Shown in pieces: positions 28,159 through 37,571 of a stretch of DNA of 64,000 nucleotides. The notes beneath the pieces are model-generated. The model searched no databases and had not been told where the DNA came from. It worked only from the letters and a program-made list of their open reading frames with translations. The position numbers were made by a program, and so were the translations under genes. The DNA comes from a virus (Duplodnaviria; Heunggongvirae; Uroviricota; Caudoviricetes). The stretch lies in the IMG/VR virus record IMGVR_UViG_3300014205_000176; one strand, written 5' to 3'. Position 1 is the first letter of the stretch. Every line of letters begins with the position of its first letter.

Positions 28159-28568
28159 CCGACGCAGAGAAACCGGTAATCAAGAAAGATTACCACTGGG
28201 TCAAGATAGATCAAACGAAGCAATGGAATAAGCAGTTCCTTGCAATGATTGGCTCGGACGCCAAGGTCATCGTAACGTTTGTATTCGATCACAACTCGTT
28301 TACTAACTGTTGCGAACTGACGCCATCGTACGAACTTCATCTTGCCGGAACGGAGTTCACAACCTCTCGCGAATTGAGCGAGGCCGAACGCGAGGAGCTT
28401 GAGGACAGGATTCGGGTTGGTGAGTCCGAGTGTGATGACGTTGAGTATCACCATTGCAGTTCGATTGATGACAAGAAGCGGTCAAAGCCGATTCGTCAGT
28501 TCGAGAATTGCGAAGATGATGTGACGATTGAAGATGTGATTGAGTACTACAAAGGGAATCCGTGGTGA
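28155..28568 (+). CDS. hypothetical protein
   Basis: ATGA overlap with the upstream gene. Confidence 0.75.
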   Translation: MTDAEKPVIKKDYHWVKIDQTKQWNKQFLAMIGSDAKVIVTFVFDHNSFTNCCELTPSYELHLAGTEFTTSRELSEAEREELEDRIRVGESECDDVEYHHCSSIDDKKRSKPIRQFENCEDDVTIEDVIEYYKGNPW

Positions 28569-28656
28569 AGGACACTCGCATTCGGGTAGCTTATTACTAC
28601 CGAGGGATTCAGGAAGGCATCCCCGTCTACAGGTTGCAATAGTTGAAAGGGAAGTT

Positions 28657-29007
28657 ATGAGCAAAGAACATTTACTACACATCTTGAGGGACAGCAAACC
28701 AGACAAGGCGGATCGGTTGAAGAACGCCCTGGAAGACTATAATGGTTCGTTCGCCGTCAAGTTCTACTTGGAGGCAATGCTGGAGTTGTTGAACCCGCCA
28801 GTCCAATGCCAAGGTTGCGATGGCGGATGCTGCACCGAAGAGCATGGCGAGCTTCGGAAGTTGCCAGTGGGCGGAGGTAACCTGATCCTTTGCCGGCCCT
28901 GCTTCGACCATGAGATGAGATATCGGCACGATGAGGTCATGCGCGGCATCCAGTTCGAACTGCCTAGTTGGGAATCGCTGGAGATATATTCTAGTCAGGA
29001 AAGTTAA
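28657..29007 (+). CDS. hypothetical Zn-finger-like protein
   Basis: CQGCDGGCC...LCRPCFDHE. Confidence 0.7.
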   Translation: MSKEHLLHILRDSKPDKADRLKNALEDYNGSFAVKFYLEAMLELLNPPVQCQGCDGGCCTEEHGELRKLPVGGGNLILCRPCFDHEMRYRHDEVMRGIQFELPSWESLEIYSSQES

Positions 29008-29161
29008 CTCTCGACCACATTATACAGGCCGATTGTTAGGCCTGGAACTCACTGGAAGTTTACGATCTCAGTGAATAGCAGTGGATTATTTGCCGGACGG
29101 ATAGAATGGGTTTATCTGTCTGGTACTTCTAGCTTTTCTTTGGTAAAACGAGGAATTAGAT

Positions 29162-29347
29162 ATGAATGATGCAGAACGTGAAAATTGGGTTGACAACGAT
29201 GAGGGCCTCTATAGTATGTGGAGATCCAGCCGAACGTCAAAGCGTAAATTCGTCAGGGCAAATAGGCCACTGATTGATAAGGCCATAGCAAATGTCACAA
29301 CCGGTACGCAACCGGCCCACTATCTGAAGTACGGAGGACGATCATGA
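29162..29347 (+). CDS. small hypothetical protein
   Basis: GAGG RBS; WVDNDEGLY. Confidence 0.7.
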   Translation: MNDAERENWVDNDEGLYSMWRSSRTSKRKFVRANRPLIDKAIANVTTGTQPAHYLKYGGRS

Positions 29348-29513
29348 AGTTCATCAAAGAGTTCATTACGGAATGGAAGTGTCAGGTTGGTTGGATGCAG
29401 GCATTCGGTTGCGTGTTCCCGTGGGAGCGTATTTTGAAACCCAAAGCCAGAGAGGACCTTAGGACTGCCATTAAGGCTCTTGGAGACTGTCTATTCCACA
29501 TCAGTGAAGGTTC

Positions 29514-30200
29514 GTGACCAAGAAGATGACCACCAAGGGCCTCATCAAAGAGGCCCTGTCTCGGGAGTACTTCCAACCCATAGAGGGTGCGGTTGCAATT
29601 CCAGTGACTTGCTTGCCTGGCAAGGGCCCTCTGGTTCTTGCCGTTGGTGATAATGCTTCAGGTAAGAGCTTCTTTCGACGCATTATCCAAGGCCTCTGCG
29701 GTTTGAATCACCTCGAATGCATCCACCTATCAATGGAAGGTCGGCGTAACGTTGCCTACAACCCAGGCTTGTGCTTTGTCTACGGCTCTGAGGAGTACCA
29801 AAGTACCGGCCAGAACTCGACGGAGACCGTCCTCGGGGCTATCAAGACTACTAAAGAACGTGAAAACCTTCACGTAATCTTCTGGGACGAACCTGACTTC
29901 GGTCTGTCTGAGAGTTGGTCAGCTTCGATGGGCGTCGAGATCGCCAAGGGATTGTCCACCAAGGTGAACCCCAACCTAGTAGCAGCCTTCGTGGTGACCC
30001 ATAGCCGCCCCTTGATGAAGCCCTTGCTTGACCTGAACCCTCACGTCCTCATCTTCGACGAGAACGCTCCTACGAGCCTCCAGGAGTACCTAGACCGCCC
30101 GCTCGTTATCCGTCCACTCCAAGAGCTGAAAGACTTGGGTCACCAACGATTCAAGCGTATTCAGAAGGTGCTGGACCTGCGTAAGGCAAAGAGGAAATGA
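29514..30200 (+). CDS. ABC/AAA-type P-loop ATPase
   Basis: Walker A GDNASGKS, Walker B IFWDEPD, H-loop VVTHS. Confidence 0.8.
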   Translation: MTKKMTTKGLIKEALSREYFQPIEGAVAIPVTCLPGKGPLVLAVGDNASGKSFFRRIIQGLCGLNHLECIHLSMEGRRNVAYNPGLCFVYGSEEYQSTGQNSTETVLGAIKTTKERENLHVIFWDEPDFGLSESWSASMGVEIAKGLSTKVNPNLVAAFVVTHSRPLMKPLLDLNPHVLIFDENAPTSLQEYLDRPLVIRPLQELKDLGHQRFKRIQKVLDLRKAKRK

Positions 30201-30228
30201 ACTTCCAAGTGAGGAATACTCGATAATC

Positions 30229-30594
30229 ATGAAAACAACAATTCTATCAATGTTCGCAGTTCTTCTCGTGGCTTGTGGTGGAGGTTCTAATACCTCAGAA
30301 GATCCTGAGTCTGGTGTCACAGAAACTGGGATAACTGCATGCCACTTGAAAAATGGGGCTACAGCCGTGATCTCCTATAATGGACAAGGAATGTGCTGGG
30401 AGAGCGATGGAACCGCAACCCCACCAGTCCAACTTACCTCTGACTACTTCGATGTCATAATCAGTGACAAGCCCTGCGACCGAACCGATCTTGAGTACAC
30501 CGGTTGCTGTGTCAATCCGAACGTTGTCTGGTTCAGTTACAGTTTCTCATCATGTGGGAAGAACAACGTTGGGGACTGGCATAACTTACCGTAG
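30229..30594 (+). CDS. putative lipoprotein
   Basis: MKTTILSMFAVLLVAC lipobox. Confidence 0.8.
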   Translation: MKTTILSMFAVLLVACGGGSNTSEDPESGVTETGITACHLKNGATAVISYNGQGMCWESDGTATPPVQLTSDYFDVIISDKPCDRTDLEYTGCCVNPNVVWFSYSFSSCGKNNVGDWHNLP

Positions 30595-30628
30595 CCTGGT
30601 GGACAGAGTGCTTTAACTTCGAGTATGC

Positions 30629-30868
30629 TTGCAGGTTCTCAGTATACGCGAAACGAAGTCCAGCGATGATCCGATAGCCAACGCGCTAGTTGAGTTGGCT
30701 GACTACTGCGAACAGCTATCGGAGAAGGTTGAGCAGCTGGACGGCAAGGCCTCGGATGCTGAGCACGACCTCAGGGAGGATGTGCGTAGGCTACAGAACG
30801 ATGTGTCGGGCCTTGAAAGCAACTTGAGTTCATTGACAGGTGACGTTCGGGACTTGGAAAGAAGGTAA
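30629..30868 (+). CDS. coiled-coil hypothetical protein
   Basis: Heptad-rich ORF. Confidence 0.65.
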   Translation: MQVLSIRETKSSDDPIANALVELADYCEQLSEKVEQLDGKASDAEHDLREDVRRLQNDVSGLESNLSSLTGDVRDLERR

Positions 30869-30873
30869 GCGAG

Positions 30874-31095
30874 ATGCCTAAGGGTGACTTGGTAGAGATT
30901 GAGGGAACGATTGCGAAGGCTTGCGGCGGTGGATTGTATGATATCCAGCCCGATAAGGGAGGGGCCGTCATACAGGCACGGCTCTGCGGGCAGATGAAAC
31001 AGCGGCACATTCGAGTGCTGCCTGGGGACAAGGTGAAGGTTGGGATTTCGCCGTACGACTTGACGCATGGCCTCATTCAATGGCGGTTCAAATGA
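30874..31095 (+). CDS. infA: translation initiation factor IF-1
   Basis: EIEGTI...ARLCGQMKQRHIRVLPGDKVKVGISPYDLTHGLIQWRFK; 73 aa. Confidence 0.92.
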   Translation: MPKGDLVEIEGTIAKACGGGLYDIQPDKGGAVIQARLCGQMKQRHIRVLPGDKVKVGISPYDLTHGLIQWRFK

Positions 31096-31289
31096 CCTGG
31101 CGAGATGTGGAGTACACACCATGAACTTAGTAGTTGCTGCGCTCCTTGACGTACACGCGAAGATTGCCGCTGAGACACGCGGCGAGAAACCACAACCTGA
31201 AGCCAAATGGGCACTCAGAACGGAAGTAAAAAATGGTAGCTCGGAAGACACGGACGAAGACATCGAAGCCAATCGTCAAGTGCGGCTTT

Positions 31290-31667
31290 ATGACGAACAA
31301 GGACAACGCTAACCTACATTCGGTGGCGTTCAATAACATCACGAGCGGCGAAGTTCTGGCTCTGATTCATGCGCTACATTCGGTGGCGTTCAATAACATC
31401 ACGAGCGGCGAAGTTCTGGCTCTGATTCATGCGCTACAGATTGCAAGGACGATTTCGCCGGTTGCATTGGACCTGAGTTCATTGGACCTGAGTTCATATC
31501 TCAGCAATGCGTTCACGGCATTTCAGTCAACAACCGGTGACCAGAAGGCGCAAGAATTCTGGACAGAGCTTGCTGGCGAGATGAATGTGGTCGTAACGCA
31601 GGTTGGTGAGCAGGGCGGATGGTTGGTTACCTGGATCAACTCCCATGACCTGAAGGATCAAGGGTAG
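31290..31667 (+). CDS. mosaic hypothetical protein with internal duplications
   Basis: Carries 20-aa and 5-aa in-frame duplications and a C-terminus copied from the next gene. Confidence 0.6.
   Translation: MTNKDNANLHSVAFNNITSGEVLALIHALHSVAFNNITSGEVLALIHALQIARTISPVALDLSSLDLSSYLSNAFTAFQSTTGDQKAQEFWTELAGEMNVVVTQVGEQGGWLVTWINSHDLKDQG
31314..31438. repeat. 60-bp perfect tandem duplication
   Basis: 31314-31373 is identical to 31374-31433, plus a 5-nt partial third copy. Confidence 0.95.
31465..31497. repeat. 15-bp tandem duplication
   Basis: CATTGGACCTGAGTT x2. Confidence 0.95.
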
Positions 31668-31680
31668 CTGAGAGGTAATT

Positions 31681-32049
31681 ATGAATTTAGACATACGAAC
31701 ACTTCCTACCATTGACGCCGGAATAACAGAATTCCGCAAAGAAGATAGAGAGGTTATGTTTGTATCGTACAGCCCACAGAACGGCACTCTGTACAACCTC
31801 ATCTTCACGGACATCAAGGGTTCGGATGAGGTTGGGGAGCAGGGAGGTTGGTTGGTAACCTGGATCAACTCCCATGACCTGAAGGCGATGGTGGTGACTG
31901 ATAATGGTGGCTTTCTAGCTTGGCAATACGTCATGGAAAAGATGCGGGCAAGCATTTCGGATGCTGTCTGCCTGGCGGAAATCATCGGGCATTGCACTGG
32001 GCGTGAATACGACACCTGTGAAGAAGTTGCCCGGCAAGCAGAGGAGTAG
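31681..32049 (+). CDS. hypothetical protein
   Basis: GAGG RBS, 122 aa. Confidence 0.75.
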   Translation: MNLDIRTLPTIDAGITEFRKEDREVMFVSYSPQNGTLYNLIFTDIKGSDEVGEQGGWLVTWINSHDLKAMVVTDNGGFLAWQYVMEKMRASISDAVCLAEIIGHCTGREYDTCEEVARQAEE

Positions 32050-32054
32050 GTACT

Positions 32055-32390
32055 ATGTGTGTAGGCGATGAAGTCGATGAATCAGATTTCGATTTTGAGC
32101 CTGACATCCAGAATTCTCCTACCAAGCCATACACTCTGGATGATCGCATGTCTGTGGTGAAACTGAGACTTGAGGTCCAGGAAACACTACGGCAAGATAC
32201 CAGACCTACCACTGGTTACAGCATTGATGAACGTATGAAATGCGTTCGGTTGAAGATTGAGACTGAAGAGCAGCGTGCCAAGATTCGCTATCTTGAGGAA
32301 GTTGATAGGTTACTTCAAGGCACGCGGCCAACCAAGGACCCACAATCCATACTCCAGGAATGTCTGACTCCAGAATCCTGGGATCCATAG
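32055..32390 (+). CDS. hypothetical protein with internal repeats
   Basis: PTKPYTLDDRM / PTTGYSIDERM repeats. Confidence 0.65.
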   Translation: MCVGDEVDESDFDFEPDIQNSPTKPYTLDDRMSVVKLRLEVQETLRQDTRPTTGYSIDERMKCVRLKIETEEQRAKIRYLEEVDRLLQGTRPTKDPQSILQECLTPESWDP

Positions 32391-32400
32391 GAGAAATATC

Positions 32401-32652
32401 ATGTGCATAGGCGATGAAGATTGCGATTGCCACTTGGAAGAAGATGAAGACTTCGACGATGATGAGGAGCTAATTGACTGGGTTGGGTTTGCTGACCCCG
32501 GTGGAACATCGGCTCTTCGGGCAGCCACAGTGGACAATCCGAGGATGTATCCCTGTCCTACCTGTGGAGTTGCCAACCGCTTGACGCCGATTGATGTGGC
32601 GCGAGGGTACCAGTGCGATTCCTGCAGTGATAGAGATGAGTTTGGTTGCTAA
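32401..32652 (+). CDS. acidic Zn-ribbon protein
   Basis: CPTCG...YQCDSC. Confidence 0.75.
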   Translation: MCIGDEDCDCHLEEDEDFDDDEELIDWVGFADPGGTSALRAATVDNPRMYPCPTCGVANRLTPIDVARGYQCDSCSDRDEFGC

Positions 32653-33002
32653 TGGCCACTCAAGTCAAGGTGAAGCGAACGCGGGAAAAGCATGAGAAGG
32701 TCATTTACTTGTCCCGCCAGGAAACGGTGGGGTTGATACAGAACCTCATCGTACTTCTCACTGACCCGATAGGCGGTGGGGTTACCAACATGATGGTGTA
32801 CTGCGAGGACCGGAGAAAGAACCCTTACCGGTTGTTCCTGATTCCTCGCAGACCCGAACCTGTGGCGGCGAAGAAGCCATACCGATTCACTGTCAACGGG
32901 GTAGTTGTGGAAGCGGATTCCAAAGATGCAGCCACGGCGCTAGCCCAAGAGATACGGAAAGGTAAGAAAGTTGTCATACGTAAACATAGACGGCGCGCTT
33001 AA
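32652..33002 (+). CDS. hypothetical protein
   Basis: TAATG overlap with the upstream gene. Confidence 0.65.
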   Translation: MATQVKVKRTREKHEKVIYLSRQETVGLIQNLIVLLTDPIGGGVTNMMVYCEDRRKNPYRLFLIPRRPEPVAAKKPYRFTVNGVVVEADSKDAATALAQEIRKGKKVVIRKHRRRA

Positions 33003-33214
33003 GCGAATGCGGGCAATCCTTTGGTAAAATGAGTGATGCCATATCATTTATGATTAGGCACTCTGCGGGCAAGCTTGATAATGATGGGCTCTCAAAAATT
33101 GTTTTCTGGATTTACACTCAAGACAACCCCAAGGCATTTACGCTACCATCCGTCCCCATCGAGTTGGATTGGAAGGTTTTGGTAACTGACTAGCAAATGA
33201 GGGAGAGATAGAGC

Positions 33215-33616
33215 ATGGCACAGATAGTACATGAATTCACAATCAGGCGCAAGGATGAGGAAATCGAGCTGAAGGCATCTTTTGAGGTGACTCCGGTGAC
33301 AGGTGAGCGAAGACGGCCGCGGGCAGGGCATCGGTTGAACATTGACCAAACTGAAGGCGGTCATGCGGTGCTGGATGGTAAGATATTCTTGGTTGATAGT
33401 GGTCTTCCTTGGGATGGCCATCTTACAAAGAGGGAACAGGAGAGAGTTGAAGATTCTGCTTGGGAAGTCTACGTAGAATCTGAGCCCGAAGACCGCAACA
33501 ACCGCTTAGCTGACGATTGTTGCTTTATTGACGGTGCTTTTGATGATGGCATCGACGGGTTTGATGATGACCAGGCTTTGAAGTTGGCAGGTTGCCGCGG
33601 CACGATACATTGGTAG
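33215..33616 (+). CDS. hypothetical protein
   Basis: 133 aa. Confidence 0.7.
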   Translation: MAQIVHEFTIRRKDEEIELKASFEVTPVTGERRRPRAGHRLNIDQTEGGHAVLDGKIFLVDSGLPWDGHLTKREQERVEDSAWEVYVESEPEDRNNRLADDCCFIDGAFDDGIDGFDDDQALKLAGCRGTIHW

Positions 33617-33623
33617 GAGATGT

Positions 33624-34163
33624 ATGGGTTGGGATTTTAGAACACTACCCTGTGACAAACAGGAAATCATTGAAGAGTGTGTGAAGAGCATTTGCAGTAT
33701 GGAATGCCTCAAGCACTCGGTTCAGGGCAACGAACTCTGGTCGGTTTGGGAAAAGAAGGATGGGTCTAGGGTCATCCTTTTGTTCTTGTTGGCCTCGAAA
33801 GATTTTTGTTGGGGTTACAAGGAGATTGCTGAGTTATCTGGGCCACATTACTACAAGTGTCCGATGGGATTCTTGGAGATGGCGGCGGTCGCGAACAAAG
33901 AATGGCGCGACAAGGTATACGAATATCACGATAGGCGACTTCGAAACCTGTCGGCATTGAAGAAAGTCAGATTGGGAATGATCGTGACGCTTGACATTCC
34001 TGGCAATGATTTCAGGGTGACGCACATGAACCCGTTTCTAGGGGTTAGTTCAAAAGATGGAAGGGTGTATCGCTTGGTGAAGAGCCGAGTGATAGCTGTC
34101 AGGGAAGGCGAGCCGGTGAAGGTGTTGAAACTGCCGGCCTCAATCGAACAAGTAGGGCTATAG
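33624..34163 (+). CDS. conserved phage/MGE hypothetical protein (WGYK..E..GP.YY.CP motif)
   Basis: WGYKEIAELSGPHYYKCPMGFL...EWRDKV. Confidence 0.8.
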   Translation: MGWDFRTLPCDKQEIIEECVKSICSMECLKHSVQGNELWSVWEKKDGSRVILLFLLASKDFCWGYKEIAELSGPHYYKCPMGFLEMAAVANKEWRDKVYEYHDRRLRNLSALKKVRLGMIVTLDIPGNDFRVTHMNPFLGVSSKDGRVYRLVKSRVIAVREGEPVKVLKLPASIEQVGL

Positions 34164-34166
34164 AAC

Positions 34167-34496
34167 ATGAGCGATGATCAGATCAATACAGCCGTAGACA
34201 ATATAGTACCAATCAAGTCAACGGTGACGATTTTCAAGTACCGCATTGACCCGTTCAGTATGGACGATAGCTACGTGAAGATGCCGGAGGGTGCCGAGAT
34301 CATTTGTGCTCACGGTGATTTTATCTGGGCACGGGTGGATACGAGCAAGCCGGAGGTTGAGCGGCGCATTGTAGTTCTTTGCACTGGTGAACCGATACTA
34401 CCTGACGAGATGGGCGAGCATATTGCAACCATCTTTCAAGGTGGGCAGGTGCGGCACTTGTACGATTGTGGAGTAACGCGGCATAAGGGCTACTAA
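34167..34496 (+). CDS. conserved phage hypothetical protein (DUF7352-like)
   Basis: IFKY...MPEGAEII...IWARVD...RRIVVLCTGEP...RHLY. Confidence 0.7.
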   Translation: MSDDQINTAVDNIVPIKSTVTIFKYRIDPFSMDDSYVKMPEGAEIICAHGDFIWARVDTSKPEVERRIVVLCTGEPILPDEMGEHIATIFQGGQVRHLYDCGVTRHKGY

Positions 34497-34560
34497 GATC
34501 TTCCAGAGAATCACTAACCAGCAAAGAGGGGTTGCAACCGTTCTGGGATGAAGAGGTCTG

Positions 34561-34893
34561 ATGGATATGGTAACAATCAAAGTTTACAGGTACCATATAG
34601 AGCCATTGAATTGGTTCTGCCGGCTGCTACCGAGGTGGAAGTGGCTGGAACGATGGACTTGTGAAGAGGTTGTAGACGAGCTGGAGGTTGAGGCTCAGGG
34701 CGTGTTCTACAAGGGCGAGCAGATGAGCTTTGACGGTCCTGGTGAGCCTGGCTACGTCGAATTTGAAGCCGCATATTTGGATGGGAAACCCTTCATCTTG
34801 ACCAAGGATGAGGTGTTTATCGCGGAAGAAAAGATATTGAAAGTTATTCGCGATGAGACTCCTAAAAACTTGAGAAAGCGATGGGCAATATGA
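34561..34893 (+). CDS. hypothetical protein
   Basis: GAGG RBS. Confidence 0.7.
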   Translation: MDMVTIKVYRYHIEPLNWFCRLLPRWKWLERWTCEEVVDELEVEAQGVFYKGEQMSFDGPGEPGYVEFEAAYLDGKPFILTKDEVFIAEEKILKVIRDETPKNLRKRWAI

Positions 34894-35224
34894 TTATCGA
34901 TGCAACTATGCAACTAGCATTCACTTTTGTATCATACGAAGCCAATCCGAACACCTCACCTGAGGGCTTTAGGTAGCATGTGCAAACGCGAAGGCGAGCC
35001 ATTTGAATACTCAAGGTCACTGCTGCCAGCATCTGGTGTTCCTAATAAAGTAACATTTGAAGAAGCGGTAGTTTTGATAACGTTGAAATTGAATTCTGAC
35101 ACAGTACTGTCGTTATACAGGCAGACGGGCATACCAGTCAGGACGATCAGTCGCATTTTAGACAATCTGATAGCCTCGCACCAAGTTCAGTGCAAAGGCA
35201 AAAACTACGAGGCAGTGATATCTA

Positions 35225-35617
35225 ATGAACAATCTAACACCCGCACAACAGGATGTTATTCGCATGGCACGCAGTCTCATTCGGGATAATGCCATGAACT
35301 GGGCACGGGACGAACTAGCTGCGGATCCAGAGACGGTCTGTGCACAACTCTCTAGAATGATTGGTGAGGATTATAACTTCGAGAATGGCGAAGCAAAATC
35401 AAATCACAAACTGACGATCTTTGTAGACACTGTACTTCGAAAGAACAGTGCTGGTGAGCTATTCTTGATGAATCGTCAAGAAGCTGGTTGGAGTTCATCT
35501 GCCATTCCGGTTCCAAATGAAGAGTATGTCTTGGAACGCTTCAATGTTACGCTTGGTAAGTGGACTTCGGATAAGTATGGTGAATGCTGCCAAGTTCACA
35601 AGGAAGAGTCCAAGTGA
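35225..35617 (+). CDS. hypothetical protein
   Basis: 130 aa, packed. Confidence 0.7.
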   Translation: MNNLTPAQQDVIRMARSLIRDNAMNWARDELAADPETVCAQLSRMIGEDYNFENGEAKSNHKLTIFVDTVLRKNSAGELFLMNRQEAGWSSSAIPVPNEEYVLERFNVTLGKWTSDKYGECCQVHKEESK

Positions 35618-35955
35618 ATCTTGACCAATTCATAACTCAGGTTCTGGAACACGGGGTGCGCAATGCCTATGTTGAAGAGCCTGGTTTTGATACTCTATAC
35701 GTTCGGGTTGCAATTCGCTTCTTTGATGGTCAGCAAATGCGCACAATTGACCTAGCAACCATTGGGGCAAGCAATCCTGGCGGTGGGGCGTTCACGAAGC
35801 TGGTAGCGAGGTTGAGGGAGAAGTACCCCACGATGACAATCTTTGTAGAGAGCGTACAAACAGAGTGGTTTCGAAATAAGCTTCGTGCGATGGGATTTGT
35901 CGAGCGCGATTTGGAGCCTTACAACTTCTATCTGCTACCAAGGAAAATGGAATGA
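35614..35955 (+). CDS. GNAT-fold acetyltransferase-like protein
   Basis: IDLATIGASNPGGGAFTKLV...IFVESV...RAMGF resembles GNAT motifs A/B. Confidence 0.5.
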   Translation: MNLDQFITQVLEHGVRNAYVEEPGFDTLYVRVAIRFFDGQQMRTIDLATIGASNPGGGAFTKLVARLREKYPTMTIFVESVQTEWFRNKLRAMGFVERDLEPYNFYLLPRKME

Positions 35956-36587
35956 GAACATATCTCTCGGTGGATGTTGATTTTTGGTTCGAACCAACGC
36001 GAGCTCGTAAGCAGTTGGTTCTTCTCATGCAGCGAGTTGGAAAGAATATACCAATCATCGCTGTTATGAATCACCAACAAATGTTAGCATCGGTCAATGC
36101 TTCGAATGCACAACGTCTGATTAATGTTGATGCGCATTCTGACCTGACCGAGAGCAGTGTTAGAAGGCTCAACTGTGGAACTTGGGTATCGTACGTCACT
36201 TGGCGAAAACTAGGTGAATACATTTGGATTCGGCCCGATGCAGGCTTCCAAAATTCATGCAACGGTGATGATAGAGCAATCTGGAATGCTGGAACGGATT
36301 GGAAGTACAGCGTATCTAGGTACATCTCATCAAAGAATTTGAAGCTCACTACTTACTTGCAAGGCTGTGTAGGGCTTGGATTATGTATGAGTCCTGCATA
36401 TGCAACTACAGGAGTTGTTGAAGTCTTTCGGGAGATAGTTGATAGGTACGGAATACCGTATCACAAAGGTAGATTGAGTGAACTCAATACTAAATACGCC
36501 AGACCTTCAGGATTTCCTCGACCACCTACCAAAGCGGCAGAGCGAAAGTTGATCCTCGAAGAGTATGGACATAGAAAGAGCGAATAA
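35952..36587 (+). CDS. UPF0489/arginase-fold-like metalloprotein
   Basis: YLSVDVDFW, MNHQQ, INVDAHSDL, LNCGTWV. Confidence 0.65.
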   Translation: MRTYLSVDVDFWFEPTRARKQLVLLMQRVGKNIPIIAVMNHQQMLASVNASNAQRLINVDAHSDLTESSVRRLNCGTWVSYVTWRKLGEYIWIRPDAGFQNSCNGDDRAIWNAGTDWKYSVSRYISSKNLKLTTYLQGCVGLGLCMSPAYATTGVVEVFREIVDRYGIPYHKGRLSELNTKYARPSGFPRPPTKAAERKLILEEYGHRKSE

Positions 36588-36898
36588 CAATGCTAGCTAA
36601 TTCAGACCACAGACAAGACCTTGTGAAGCATTGCCTCGGAACAATGATGTTAGCTATGCATTGCGCCAGGCACTTAGGGATAGCTAAGTATTGATTCAAA
36701 TCCCTTCCGATAAGTGAAGGGGCTGACAGGTCGCGCGCACGCACTCCTTAAGATCTTACGCGCGAGGCTTTGGCCGGATGACCGTACAATGTGGCGAGAG
36801 AACTGCCGATATAATTGGTAACCTCAAACCGTCTTGATACATATTCACTACTTAAATTACCCTTTTCGATTAGCGATAGTCGAATTTGAAAAAACTTG

Positions 36899-36926
36899 TT
36901 GACTATCAAATGTCAATAAGTATAAT
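36899..36926 (+). promoter_or_regulatory. sigma70-type promoter
   Basis: TTGACT-16 bp-TATAAT, 60 bp upstream of the AT-hook gene. Confidence 0.75.
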
Positions 36927-36986
36927 CGATAGAGCCAATAGGGCAACAGCCCACCATCAACAGCAGAAAACAAAGGTACATACAAA

Positions 36987-37571
36987 ATGAACACTTCCAA
37001 GAATATCAACGCAGCAGCAGTTCTCGATAGCCTCAGCCCCCAGTCCGTCGCGGCCCTCGAATCACATTTTCGTAATGAGATCCTCTCGACCCTGACCGCT
37101 ACGCTCGGCTCCCCCATTGCCGCCGTTGCTACCGCTACCGCCGTTGCAGATACCTCTGATGATTCGTCTCCCGTGAAGCGCGGCCCTGGTCGTCCTCGCA
37201 AGAACCCCGAGAAGGTCGAGGAACCTGCGAAGCGTGGTCCTGGCCGTCCTGCTGGTTCCAAGAACAAGGCGAAGGCGGATATTGGTCCGAGTGGTCGTGC
37301 GAAGGCTGCTAAGGCTGCTGCTAAGGCTGCTGCCGCCGGCCCCACTCCGCGCATTCGATTAGCTGATGGACGAACGGCTTCTCAGGTTATTCGTGACTTT
37401 GATGAGAAGTACAACACGAAGCACGAGGAAGAAGCACAAGCCAGTTTGGTGGTTGCTCATTGCGCGAAGCTCGGCTTGGAGATCAAACCGAGTTTGGTCT
37501 ACAATTGCCGTCAAAATGTAAAGAAGGCTGCTGCCAAGGCCTCCAAGAAGGCCAAGAAGACTGCCAAGTAA
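36987..37571 (+). CDS. AT-hook DNA-binding / nucleoid-associated protein
   Basis: KRGPGRPRK and KRGPGRPAG AT-hooks, Lys/Ala-rich linker and tail, small helical C-terminal domain. Confidence 0.8.
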   Translation: MNTSKNINAAAVLDSLSPQSVAALESHFRNEILSTLTATLGSPIAAVATATAVADTSDDSSPVKRGPGRPRKNPEKVEEPAKRGPGRPAGSKNKAKADIGPSGRAKAAKAAAKAAAAGPTPRIRLADGRTASQVIRDFDEKYNTKHEEEAQASLVVAHCAKLGLEIKPSLVYNCRQNVKKAAAKASKKAKKTAK

